A stretch of 64,000 bases of DNA, taken from NCBI GenBank assembly GCA_965214775.1, contig OZ243974.1:2240001-2304000 (forward strand), in the 5' to 3' direction. The position numbers and the translations under genes are program-made. Below the pieces are notes generated by a model. That model was not told where the DNA came from. It worked only from the letters and a program-made list of their open reading frames with translations, and searched no databases. This DNA is from Nitrosopumilus sp. (lineage in GTDB: Archaea; Thermoproteota; Nitrososphaeria; Nitrososphaerales; Nitrosopumilaceae). Shown here in pieces: positions 19,316 through 29,163 of the stretch (the first letter of the stretch is position 1; every line of letters begins with the position of its first letter).

Positions 19316-20332
19316 TCACTCTGCTGCCAGATGGATTAGATCGCCTGCAATTACTCTTAAACTGCCCTTTTTATTAGAAATGACCAGACTGCCGTCATCA
19401 TCAATTCTTTGTGCCCTGCCCCTGACTCTTCCATTGTTTGGGGTGTTGATTTCTACCTCTTTTCCTATGGTTGATGATCTTTTTGTCCATTCTGAAATGA
19501 TCATCCCTGTTCTTTGTTCATGAAGCAAATTATAGATTTTCTCCAATTCTTGAAGAAATTCTCGGACTAGCTGTACGGGTTTTATTTTTTTATCCAAATC
19601 CCCAAGTGCGGCAACACCGTAAAAATTTGGCGTGTCCATGAGATTTTTCTCAATCTGTTTGGCAGCATCTGCATCAAAATTAATCCCTACCCCTAACACT
19701 AGATTCTCTATTTTATTTGATTGCAAGGATGCATCTACCAGCATTCCTGCTACTTTTTTGTCTTTGATTGTAAGATCATTTGGCCACTTTAGTTCTGGAG
19801 TTTTTCTGAAGACCTTTTCAATTGCATATGATAGTGCAAGTGACGATGCAATTGGAAATAACGTTGTAACGGAGACGTCAAATTTCGGGTGAAGGATTAC
19901 TGACATCCAAATTCCGCCTTTTGGGGAAACCCATTTTCTTCCGGAGCGCCCCCTTCCTTCGGTTTGCCTTCCGGCAATAATTATGGCGCCGTTATTCTTT
20001 GCGTCTTTGGCCATTTTGAGCGCCTGGTTCTGAGTCGAATCAGTACTGTCAAAATAAAACGCTCTTTGGCCTATGATTTTGGTTTTTAATTCAGAGGTAA
20101 CCTCCCATGGAAGCGGCACTTGCGAATTTGAGGTCAGTCTGTAGCCTGACTTTTGCTTTGATTCAACTGTGTATCCTAATTCCTGAATTTTCTTGATGTG
20201 TTTCCATACGGCTACCCTGCTAATGTGCAAAACGTCGCTCAAATCTTGTCCTGAAAGGTATTCTGTGTTGTGTGCTTGAAGAAATGTTAGAACTTTGACT
20301 AATCCTGGCTTGTCAAATGAATTATAAATCAA
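19316..20332 (-). CDS. birA: Biotin-protein ligase with N-terminal HTH
   Basis: SRVAVWKHI, QTEGRGRSGRKW, KWPND, KVAGML. Confidence 0.95.
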   Translation of the reverse strand: MIYNSFDKPGLVKVLTFLQAHNTEYLSGQDLSDVLHISRVAVWKHIKKIQELGYTVESKQKSGYRLTSNSQVPLPWEVTSELKTKIIGQRAFYFDSTDSTQNQALKMAKDAKNNGAIIIAGRQTEGRGRSGRKWVSPKGGIWMSVILHPKFDVSVTTLFPIASSLALSYAIEKVFRKTPELKWPNDLTIKDKKVAGMLVDASLQSNKIENLVLGVGINFDADAAKQIEKNLMDTPNFYGVAALGDLDKKIKPVQLVREFLQELEKIYNLLHEQRTGMIISEWTKRSSTIGKEVEINTPNNGRVRGRAQRIDDDGSLVISNKKGSLRVIAGDLIHLAAE

Positions 20333-20373
20333 CTATTATCTTTGCCGTTATCTGTCAAAGTATAAAACATGCT

Positions 20374-20901
20374 CTAGAATCCAATATCAAAGTCAAATCC
20401 GTCGCCACCGCCATCATCAAATGTCTCGCCATCAGCCCCGGCAGGAATATTGTCTGCCGCTGGTACATAATCGCCCATGGACGCACCCATCATTGAAAAC
20501 ATCATTGAAAACATCATCATATCCATGACTCCGAAGAACATCATCATTGGCAGAAATGATCTGTTGTTTTCCATCATGTCTTTCATCTTTTCCTTGTCTC
20601 CTGTTTTGTAAACTGCGGACATTTGATTCCATCGGGTTTGTAATTCGTGAACCTTCTTGTCTACTTCCTGGTTTCCCTTTTCAGTGGACCTTATCTCAAT
20701 TTTCTTGCCCATCCATCCCTTTTTCTCCTCAACTTTGATGAACTCTCTTTCTTCTAATTTTTCTAAAATTTCGTCCAGTTCTCTTGGATCTATATGGGTG
20801 ACTTTTTGAATCTTATCAAACTTTTTAACTCCGTTTTTGATAGCGCCTAAAACAATCAGCTCCTTTGGCTCTTTTTCTTCCATAAGGTCTATCACAATCA
20901 A
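20374..20901 (-). CDS. Winged-helix protein with Met-rich hydrophobic segment and acidic Gly-rich tail
   Basis: LEKLEEREFIKVEEK…STEKG wHTH pattern. Confidence 0.75.
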   Translation of the reverse strand: MIVIDLMEEKEPKELIVLGAIKNGVKKFDKIQKVTHIDPRELDEILEKLEEREFIKVEEKKGWMGKKIEIRSTEKGNQEVDKKVHELQTRWNQMSAVYKTGDKEKMKDMMENNRSFLPMMMFFGVMDMMMFSMMFSMMGASMGDYVPAADNIPAGADGETFDDGGGDGFDFDIGF

Positions 20902-20939
20902 TTCCTAAAATATGCTTTGCTATGTTCCGTCCTCAGTCC

Positions 20940-21029
20940 GTACGGGTTTATCCCTTAGGCGTTACTGCTGTCTGAAGCCTTTATGATCACGCCTGCCACG
21001 CCGTATCTCAGGCGAGGGGTAACTCCTAC
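20940..21029. mobile_element. MITE family B (~90 bp, GTAC termini), degenerate copy
   Basis: Inverted copy of 59424-59513. Confidence 0.8.
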
Positions 21030-21039
21030 TTCAATCCGC

Positions 21040-21445
21040 TTTATTGTACGAAAAGCCAGTCTGCCTAGGATCAGGAGAACAGTAGCAGACTAAGGCCGTA
21101 CCGATCACAAAAAACTGTCAAAAGAATGCTGACAGAAGAGTCACTGCAGTACCTGGCAAGACAGCACAAGAAAGGCGTCACGCCCTCCAAGGCAGCAAGT
21201 GATTTGAGCATCACGGCAAGGCATGCAGGCAGGCTGAGGCACAGTCATAATATGTACTTCCGTGCAGCATGTCGCATAATGAAAAAGAACGGCTTGGTGT
21301 CCCTGTCTGCGGTAAAACCAAAGAATAGGAGATGCGTCCACTACGAGTGCAAATACGCTGATGCAATGTGGCACATGAACTGGTACGAGCTGAAGGATCC
21401 ACGCCCAAAGGGGCTCAACCCAGTCACGCTTTTGGATGATTCCTC
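21040..21445 (+). pseudogene. Decayed, internally deleted IS481 remnant related to 9622-10751
   Basis: End ttattgtacgaaaagcc; MLTEESLQYL…KYADAMWH…LLDD parallels the more complete copy. Confidence 0.85.
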
Positions 21446-21600
21446 CATGACACACATCAAAAGTTGGAAGATAATTTTGAGATACTGTGCCTATTTTGGG
21501 ACAAAAACATTTGATTTTCAACCGTACGTACTGCTGGTGCATAGTGGCTGTGATGCGGACGCTTGCCCTGACCACATCCGAGAACGTGGTTGCCCCTCAG

Positions 21601-21735
21601 AGAGTTGATTCGAAATTGACAAACTCATTATTTGTGGACGAATTTGCACAGAACGGCTCAAAACGCCAACAAAATGCAAGTTATCTGTGAAATTACATGA
21701 AAAATTCGCACGGTTTCTAATTTCGGATCACCTCT
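21601..21735. mobile_element. MITE family A copy 1, TSD CAG
   Basis: agagttgattcgaaatt…aatttcggatcacctct, flanked by cag. Confidence 0.75.
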
Positions 21736-21873
21736 CAGGGAGACCGTGGACAAATTTACCACGCCGGATATCCTGCTGTCTTACAACGGCAGTACTTCAA
21801 TGGAGGCTGCAGCAGTAAGAACATGCCACATGGGACGCGGTGGCCGACTCACTTTGTGGCCTATCTGTTATAC

Positions 21874-22034
21874 GGAGGGTTGATTCGAAATTAGCAGGTT
21901 TGGTTCATGTATAAACAAATTATTTGCATTAAATCGATTAAAACGCCTGCAGATGACGTTACCTGTATGTAAGTTACTTGACAGGTGTACAAAAAAACAC
22001 GGGAATCTGCAGTTCCTATCTTCGAATCCTCTCC
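21874..22034. mobile_element. MITE family A copy 2
   Basis: ggagggttgattcgaaattag…cttcgaatcctctcc; interior similar to the other copies. Confidence 0.7.
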
Positions 22035-22176
22035 AAGTGCAGGTGGCAACAACATCCGGCGGATCTACTGCAGGCGATCTGTTGGAATTGCTTGTAACTT
22101 GGAGTCGGTTTGTGCGGAACTTTTGGAATACTTGCAATTCTTCAAAAATTATATTCTTCGTATTCTCATTTCATTC

Positions 22177-22590
22177 ATGGAAAACGATCCTCACCTGGAT
22201 GAAGAAATTCAAAAAATTCTAAACTTAAAAAAAATTGCAGTTGTGGGCATGTCAAAAAACTCCTCAAAGGCTGCCCAATATGTTCCAAAATACCTCTCAG
22301 AGAATGGCTATGACATCATGCCTGTAAACCCCACGGCAGATGAAATCTTGGGCAAAAAATCCTATTCATCGGTTTCAGAGATCGATGAGGAGATTGACAT
22401 TGTCAATGTCTTTCGGCCCTCAGATCAGGTATTGCCTGTAATTGAAGAGGCGATAAAAAAAAGACCCAAAGTAATCTGGCTTCAAGAAGGCATCCACAAC
22501 CCAGAAGCAGAGGAACTGGCAAAGAAGGCCGGAATTGGGGTTGTTTTTAACCGATGCATGCTAGCAGAACACCAGAGACTGGCAGGATAA
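22177..22590 (+). CDS. CoA-binding protein (YccU-like)
   Basis: IAVVGMS, PVNP, DIVNVFR, IWLQEGI, NRC; the upstream part of ORF 21985 is MITE-derived. Confidence 0.92.
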   Translation: MENDPHLDEEIQKILNLKKIAVVGMSKNSSKAAQYVPKYLSENGYDIMPVNPTADEILGKKSYSSVSEIDEEIDIVNVFRPSDQVLPVIEEAIKKRPKVIWLQEGIHNPEAEELAKKAGIGVVFNRCMLAEHQRLAG

Positions 22591-22595
22591 CGACG

Positions 22596-22961
22596 ATGAT
22601 GATGACTGAGTTTGAAAAATTTTATCAGGAACTAGTCGAGTTGGCTGCAAAATTTGAAAAGTCAAACCTTCCGCTAAAAATTGAAAAAGATCTTGATAAT
22701 GACATTGTCAAAATTTTTGGAGAAAAAATCACATCTTTGGCAAGAGCACAAAACGGATTAAACGACATGACTGAACTGGCCTATACTGCAGCTGAACATC
22801 ATCCGTACTGGAACTTGCTGTATAACATCTCAGAAATTGCATCTGTCGTGTTGGATAAATGGAGGGGGGGCTCTCTTTCTGAAGACGAGATTGGGGATAT
22901 TGACTGGGCAATACAAAAAATCAACCAAGCCCTGGAAAAAATCAAATCTGAAAATTCCTAG
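22596..22961 (+). CDS. Hypothetical protein
   Basis: ORF in operon-like spacing, host-like composition. Confidence 0.75.
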   Translation: MMMTEFEKFYQELVELAAKFEKSNLPLKIEKDLDNDIVKIFGEKITSLARAQNGLNDMTELAYTAAEHHPYWNLLYNISEIASVVLDKWRGGSLSEDEIGDIDWAIQKINQALEKIKSENS

Positions 22962-22995
22962 GCAGAGATAAATATTCTACACGGACATCCCCATT

Positions 22996-24210
22996 ATGCC
23001 AATCAGGCTTGGATTAATTGGAAAAACCAATACGGGAAAAACGACATTCTACAATTCAGCCACGCTGTCCTCCGAAGAAATCTCATCATATCCCTTTACT
23101 ACTAAATCTGCTGTATCTGGAACAGCTCATGCAATTACGCTTTGTGTTCATCCGGAATTCAAAATTCAAGACAATCCAAACAACTCAAAATGCGTTGAAG
23201 GGTGGAGATACATTCCAATTGAATTGATTGATTTGCCCGGCTTGATTAAAGACGCGTGGAGGGGAAAGGGTCTTGGAAATCAATTCTTGTCCACTGCTGC
23301 CCAATCTGATGCCCTGTTACACGTCGTTGATGCATCGGGAGGAATAGATTCTGCGGGGAAAATAACCGAAACTGGAACCGGCGATCCCATATCTGATTTT
23401 GCAGATATCGAAGAAGAATTAATCATGTGGTATCACAAAATCCTGGAAGGGAACAGAGACAAGGTTTCAAAATTGATCCGTAGCGGCTCTGATATGGTTG
23501 ATGCAATAACTGACCTTTATCGTGGCATCGGTGTTGATAAAAATCATGTTAAGGAAACCCTTGCTACAACAAGTCTTGAAGGGAAAAATTTTGATGATTA
23601 TGACACGGTTGACAGCAAAAAATTTGCGTCTTGTTTGAGAAAAATTTCAAAACCAACGCTGATTGTCGCAAACAAGATTGATGTTCAAGGGGCTGACAAG
23701 AATTTTGCCAGATTAAGGGAACAACACAATGATTCCATTGTAATTCCTGTCAGCGGTGATAGCGAGTTTAGCCTGAGACGAGCAGAACAGAAAGGATTGA
23801 TTAAATATTCTCTGGGATCCGAACAGTTTGAAATTATAAAACCAGAAGAACTCAATGAAAAACAGGTTCAGGCCTTGGAGTTTATCAAAAAGGGAATAAT
23901 GGGCGAATACATGAGAACCGGCGTTCAATTTGCAATCAATGCGGCAGTTTTCAAACTGTTGAAAATGAACTCGATCTATCCGGTGGCCGATGAAGATAAT
24001 TTGGCTGACAAAAAGGGGCGAATTTTGCCTGATTTAATATTGCTCAAAGATGGCGCTACAATCAATGATCTTGCAAAAGAGATCCACACTGACTTGACAA
24101 GGGGACTGCTGTATGGCAAGGACTTGAGGTATAATCTTAGGCTGCCTGTTGACTACCGGCTAAGAGACAGGGATGTGATATCTCTTGTCAGTGCTTCCAA
24201 AAATAGCTAG
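22996..24210 (+). CDS. ychF: Archaeal YchF/Obg-family GTPase with TGS domain
   Basis: GKTNTGKT, YPFTT, DLPGL, NKID, IHTDL. Confidence 0.9.
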   Translation: MPIRLGLIGKTNTGKTTFYNSATLSSEEISSYPFTTKSAVSGTAHAITLCVHPEFKIQDNPNNSKCVEGWRYIPIELIDLPGLIKDAWRGKGLGNQFLSTAAQSDALLHVVDASGGIDSAGKITETGTGDPISDFADIEEELIMWYHKILEGNRDKVSKLIRSGSDMVDAITDLYRGIGVDKNHVKETLATTSLEGKNFDDYDTVDSKKFASCLRKISKPTLIVANKIDVQGADKNFARLREQHNDSIVIPVSGDSEFSLRRAEQKGLIKYSLGSEQFEIIKPEELNEKQVQALEFIKKGIMGEYMRTGVQFAINAAVFKLLKMNSIYPVADEDNLADKKGRILPDLILLKDGATINDLAKEIHTDLTRGLLYGKDLRYNLRLPVDYRLRDRDVISLVSASKNS

Positions 24211-24410
24211 GCCTTCTTTTTGCTTCTTGCCTTTGTTCTAAGCACTGCCCTGCAACACATGCATCTTGAATCGCATGTTGAGATGAAAATTCCGCAGAAT
24301 GTGCATCTTTTTTGCCCAATTTCATACCTGATTTTGTTAGGAACCGGCTCTGCCTTGTGCATCTGGCAAATTCCTTTACATGTTCTACCCAATAATCTCA
24401 CCTCCCATTT
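24207..24410 (-). CDS. Small Cys-rich Zn-finger protein (start uncertain)
   Basis: CKGIC…KRCTFC…RCMCCRAVLRTK. Confidence 0.75.
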   Translation of the reverse strand, partial: KWEVRLLGRTCKGICQMHKAEPVPNKIRYEIGQKRCTFCGIFISTCDSRCMCCRAVLRTKARSKKKA

Positions 24411-24458
24411 CATACCTGATTTCCATTGTTCTGTACCTGATCGTGACTGCACTGATTC

Positions 24459-25328
24459 CTATGCTTTTCGTAAGAGTTTTGGGACCTCCTCTAACCCTAC
24501 ATTCACAACTGTTGTTCCCTCAAACTTGGCGGGTTTTTCAATCTGTATGGCATGTCCTCCTACCAACACCAAAGCCTGGCACTCTGACTTGATTTTACGT
24601 ACCAATCGCTGCCCTGCACCAATGTTGTCTGGCAATGTAATTGAAATTAAAATTACGTCTGGTTTGTTATTGTTGATGAAACTCAAAATATCTTCAGTGG
24701 GAACCGACGTTCCCATATTGTACACCGTGAATCCCTTAATTGACAGGTATGTTTCTAAAACATCGCATCCTAAATGATGTTCTTCTCCTAGCGGGACGCA
24801 AATCAAAACTTTCTTCTTCTTCATCTTTTTGCCTGTTCCTGCAACTTGATCCATGATTATTTTAACTAAAGTTTGCGCGACATTACTTGCAACATGTTCT
24901 GTGGCAATACTGATTTTTTGGCTTGCCCAATCGTCTCCAATCTTGTACATTGTTGGTTTTAGAATTTTATCAAAGAAGCTGGAGGCACTAAACAACCTGA
25001 CATATTCCTCATAAATTTTAATGCATTCTTGAATATTTCCGCCGGTTAGTTTTTTGTATAATTGCTGTCTTGATTTTTTCATTACACCCTCCTTCCTTTT
25101 GACGTCTTTTGGATTGTATGACGCTAAAACCGATGTTACTTTTGAATCGTTTCTGTATTCTTCTGGTATGTCCTCTTTTATTACTTGGGAAGCTTTTCCT
25201 AAATATTTGATAATTTCCTGCTTTGACGTGCTCTTTTTTGAATCCCAGACACTTTTAACTAAATAGAGATACTGGTCAGACTTTACTTTTTTAGCACGGA
25301 TGTAGACCATGCAATTTTTCTCTCTCAT
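24459..25328 (-). CDS. Cobalamin-binding domain protein (CarH-like B12 module) with basic N-terminal domain
   Basis: IGDDW…ISIATEH, GEEHHLG, ILISIT, LVGG. Confidence 0.88.
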   Translation of the reverse strand: MREKNCMVYIRAKKVKSDQYLYLVKSVWDSKKSTSKQEIIKYLGKASQVIKEDIPEEYRNDSKVTSVLASYNPKDVKRKEGVMKKSRQQLYKKLTGGNIQECIKIYEEYVRLFSASSFFDKILKPTMYKIGDDWASQKISIATEHVASNVAQTLVKIIMDQVAGTGKKMKKKKVLICVPLGEEHHLGCDVLETYLSIKGFTVYNMGTSVPTEDILSFINNNKPDVILISITLPDNIGAGQRLVRKIKSECQALVLVGGHAIQIEKPAKFEGTTVVNVGLEEVPKLLRKA

Positions 25329-26027
25329 ATGATATATAACTAATGCTAACTTTCTACTCTAGTGCTAAATTCGGCATAGCTTTGCTTGTCTGTATATCTG
25401 CCTACCTGCATGCCACCAGACAGTAAATTCATCGCCGGCCAGATAACATGGCTGAAAAACTATGCTCATGACGCAAACCAAAACGGAACTTTTCTATGTT
25501 TGCCTATCTGTTTGGCACTTGTTGCTGGCACTACGGAATTTGTTGGATATGGATCAGTTTCCTCCAGACGGGTTTTCCTCTACCGGCGATGTCGCAACTT
25601 TGTCTGCCTGCACGAGTTTGCATGCAACATGTTATAGCAACGCTCACAAATAATTGAGGTCTCTCACGGGCAATCTGACCCTGTTTTGACTCAAAGACTT
25701 CTGCTAGTTGCTATATGCCGACGATCCAATCGGTGCGGTGACTCAAACGTGCAGTCTGCAACAGCTGATAAGCCACAATTTCAATATTGGCCATATTTTG
25801 TAACAAAAACTGTTCACTTTTAACTGGAGATGCCATGTGTCTGATCAGATCTGGAATCTGTTTCTGATTTTAGGCACAGATTCTATCTTGATCGGCATTC
25901 ACTAGTACCAAAATTCCTGTCTGATCTTCCAGCGTGACCTGTTATGATGCTGTCTGCCTGTGTGTCTGCAGGCTCTAAAGGATAAAAACTCCAACAGCAT
26001 CTTGGTAAATTTTCTTCTAGAATACAA

Positions 26028-26108
26028 CTAATCTATAAATTCACTGTCGTCAAAATCATAATCATCTTCATCAAAATATTCGATGAAATCAAACTCTTCA
26101 AATTTCAT
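26028..26108 (-). CDS. Possible 26-aa acidic/aromatic micropeptide MKFEEFDFIEYFDEDDYDFDDSEFID
   Basis: ATG to TAG with strongly biased composition. Confidence 0.4.
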   Translation of the reverse strand: MKFEEFDFIEYFDEDDYDFDDSEFID

Positions 26109-26386
26109 AATCTCTCTTTTCAAACAATGCACTTAGATCTTGGGTTGACGAAATACTGATGCCTATGATGTCTATAGAGACTATTCTGATTTTAGGCTCA
26201 GCCGTACATTGATTTTTCAGATGTTTCTTCTGATGGATTAGCTGTTGTAGACAACCCGCTAAAATTAGAGCGAAGAATTTTTTGAACATGTCCTGAAACT
26301 CTTGCAACATTATCCCACGTGTCATGAAATGAAATCCTGTCTACTCTCTGCTCGTCAACATGTGAAAAAATCGCCAAGCCTATTAT

Positions 26387-27736
26387 CAGTAGACGGAAAT
26401 GTACCCCCTTTAAATACGTCTGACAGACGACAGCGTAAAAAAATCTACCAAAAATGTAAACAAATCTAGATCACACAGATCAACTGTAAGGCGCCCCTAC
26501 CCGCTATAGTGATTGGACAAAATAGCGGGCAAAAGCACCGCATCAACATGGGCAACAGGGTGCTTAATACCTTGGCAAACATCATAGGCGGCGGGGGCGA
26601 GATCAAGTTCTCCAAGCAGCATAACGCGCTATACGGACTGTCACAGTTTGTGATGATCCTGGCATCCATGTGCAAATCAGGCCAGACTGCAACAGAGAGC
26701 GTGATAGAGTTTGAAGACAGCGAGAACCTGCCCACTGCCAGGTGGTTTCACGGAATGGTCCGAACCGCAGGCCTTGACGGAATAAGACAGATTTGCGATG
26801 ACCTGATGGATATTGCAATCAAGGCCGCCAAAAAGGGCGGCATTCACAGTAACGGCCCCGTCATGATTGCAATAGACAAGCACGAGATACCGCGGTATGA
26901 CAAGGACAACATGAAGTATCTGATAAGATCAAAGCCCAAAAAGGGAACAAGCAAGTTCGAGGCGTATGCGACCATGCAGGCAGTCGACTCCCCTGTCAAT
27001 GCCACGCTCGGATGCATTCCGCTCACAAGGGAGGACTTTGACGCCGATTTCGTGCGTAAATTTGTGAATATTCTCAGGAAATCAAACATAATGTACCGGC
27101 TCTTTCTGCTGGACCGGGAGTTCTACTCAGTTGACATAATGACAGAGATGTATCGTGCAGGAAAAAAGTTCCTGATGCCTGCAATCAAGAATGCCACAGT
27201 AAAGAATGCAATAGAGGCGGCACACGCAGCAGGCAAGACAAAGGGGAGCTGCGTGTCTGATTTTACCATTACAAACCGCAAAGGCAAGACCGCATCATTT
27301 AACCTGGTCATCGTGCCGTCTGCCATGCACGGGCAGGAGGGCAAGACAGTAGTGGAACAGTACGTGGCATTTGCCACCAACCTCCCGTTCTCCAACGCAC
27401 TGCACGAGATCGATACTGCCTCACCGGACTACCGGAAGAGGTGGGGCATAGAGACAGGATACAGGCAGATAGAGCAGATACGGGCCAAGACCATAAGCAG
27501 GAACCAGGACATCAGGCTGCTTGTATTTTTTGTGTCTGTCTTTGTGTACAACATGTGGGCCATCGAGCGCAACAGGGACGACATATGGTGTGCGAGAAGG
27601 GATCTTACGTTATTGCGGGTTTCATGCGCGCTTCTCATGGCTGCTAGAAGGAATCTTGCAGAATACGGGTTTGCCGGCCCGCCACTGCCGCCGTAGGGTC
27701 GAGGTGGCCTTTGGGGGGTTACATTTCCGTCTACTG
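26387..27736 (+). mobile_element. ISH3-family element B copy 1, 5-bp TSD ATTAT
   Basis: cagtagacggaaatgta…tacatttccgtctactg. Confidence 0.95.
26509..27696 (+). CDS. ISH3-family transposase
   Basis: IAIDKH, LDREFY, YRKRWGIETGYR. Confidence 0.93.
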   Translation: MIGQNSGQKHRINMGNRVLNTLANIIGGGGEIKFSKQHNALYGLSQFVMILASMCKSGQTATESVIEFEDSENLPTARWFHGMVRTAGLDGIRQICDDLMDIAIKAAKKGGIHSNGPVMIAIDKHEIPRYDKDNMKYLIRSKPKKGTSKFEAYATMQAVDSPVNATLGCIPLTREDFDADFVRKFVNILRKSNIMYRLFLLDREFYSVDIMTEMYRAGKKFLMPAIKNATVKNAIEAAHAAGKTKGSCVSDFTITNRKGKTASFNLVIVPSAMHGQEGKTVVEQYVAFATNLPFSNALHEIDTASPDYRKRWGIETGYRQIEQIRAKTISRNQDIRLLVFFVSVFVYNMWAIERNRDDIWCARRDLTLLRVSCALLMAARRNLAEYGFAGPPLPP

Positions 27737-28118
27737 ATTATACTCTCTTTGTCTTTAACCCACTGATGGCCTACTGAGCAAATTGTACAAATTTCACTTA
27801 TCTCCATTATTGCCTTGGAAAACGAAGGGTTTCCCACAACCAGTAATTTTGTATCTTTGGGAGTGAATCTCATATTTACATTCAAGTGAATCCTGTCACT
27901 CCTGTTTGCATTTTTGCTGACAATCACATTTGTTCCTACACGAAATTGCCATTCAACCACGTCACTTTTTTCTTTAACTTTGTCTGTCTGATCTTGATAA
28001 TTTATTCCGGTAACTTTGATGAATTCTTCTACAAGTTGTTTCATTTCTTCAGACGATTTTACCATGTATCAAAGTTAGAATGCCTACATATATTCATCAT
28101 GATTAAAGCAAAAGTTTG

Positions 28119-28253
28119 TTAGCAATGACCGCAACCACAAGAATCCTGTCCTGCACTGCCTGGGGATTCTTTTCCTGCACATCTGGAGCATTTGTCTTCT
28201 CCTCTTGGTGAGAAGAAACCGATACCACATGATACGCATTTTTGATTTGCCAT
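28119..28253 (-). CDS. 44-aa Cys-rich peptide MANQKCVSCGIGFFSPRGEDKCSRCAG…DSCGCGHC
   Basis: Below the ORF-track cutoff; two CxxC plus CGCGHC; AT-rich TATA-like element upstream. Confidence 0.75.
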   Translation of the reverse strand: MANQKCVSCGIGFFSPRGEDKCSRCAGKESPGSAGQDSCGCGHC

Positions 28254-28321
28254 GAATCCCTCTCCAAGTTCGAGTATTTAATGAATTCGTCTTTTTGATG
28301 AAAAAGAAAGTTTTTTCTGAA

Positions 28322-28642
28322 TCATTCTTTTTTCTGAAAAACTCTGTACTCTCCAATGACTGAATTGCACTTGTGACATGTGTATTGGCCTCTCTCTACG
28401 AGTACCAGTCTGTCTGCAACATCTTCATTTGTCGCCTCCTCAACCTGAATTCTGGCAGGCCCGTCAAATTCTGAGTTGCATTCTTTGCAAAAATGTTTGA
28501 GCATCTTTGAGGCATCTATCTTTCCAAGTGATGCGAGAAAATGCTTGTCGATATTTGGCACGAGTTTTGATTTTACGACCTCCTCATCTGTAAGTTCTAC
28601 GTTTATCCAGCCTCCAGAGCCTACCAGTTGAATTTCTGTCAT
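28322..28642 (-). CDS. Zn-ribbon hypothetical protein
   Basis: CKEC…CHKC. Confidence 0.8.
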   Translation of the reverse strand: MTEIQLVGSGGWINVELTDEEVVKSKLVPNIDKHFLASLGKIDASKMLKHFCKECNSEFDGPARIQVEEATNEDVADRLVLVERGQYTCHKCNSVIGEYRVFQKKE

Positions 28643-28699
28643 TATGCTGATTCCTTATGCTTGGCATTAAAATACCGTTGGCTTGGTTTATTCGCTACT

Positions 28700-28948
28700 G
28701 GGAAGTGATTTGAGATTGGCAAAACTTGATCATACATAATGACAAATTTACGTTATTATGGTGACGAGTGAATCTTTGATCGTCAAAAGGCGTCTTCCTG
28801 CGTAGTTTATGCCCATGTGTGCTCAAGAACTTTTAATCGCCGCTATAGATCGATCAGAATGCCCACAAATGACAAGTTATCTGCATGTACTTGGCAAACG
28901 TACAAAAAAACCCGGGCATTTGCAGTTTCTAATTCCGGGTCAACCCCT
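28700..28948. mobile_element. MITE family A copy 3, containing a nested ~87-bp TA-flanked mini-element (28759-28845)
   Basis: Aligns with the other copies once the insert is removed; insert has degenerate TIRs ending CTA. Confidence 0.6.
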
Positions 28949-29163
28949 TGGGCATACATGTGCTGACTGGCCTATCCGGGCAGCGGGATCCCATCTGGCG
29001 CCGCAAGACGTCTCTGGCTCAACGATACAACATACAGGCACTTGTGAGAAAAAAATCAGAATCAAGGATAGTCCCTTTTGGGGTGAACTTCCAAACGTCC
29101 AATCAGAAAGTTTGATTCCTAATATGGAATTTTGCCTACCCGTAGATTTTTATCTAATTTCCA

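Larger units (their letters stand above)
26198..28065 (-). pseudogene. Hypothetical gene (~170 aa) split by ISH3 element B
   Basis: Removing 26387-27736 and one TSD restores …KDKESIIGLAIFSHVDEQ…SEKSMYG*. Confidence 0.85.
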
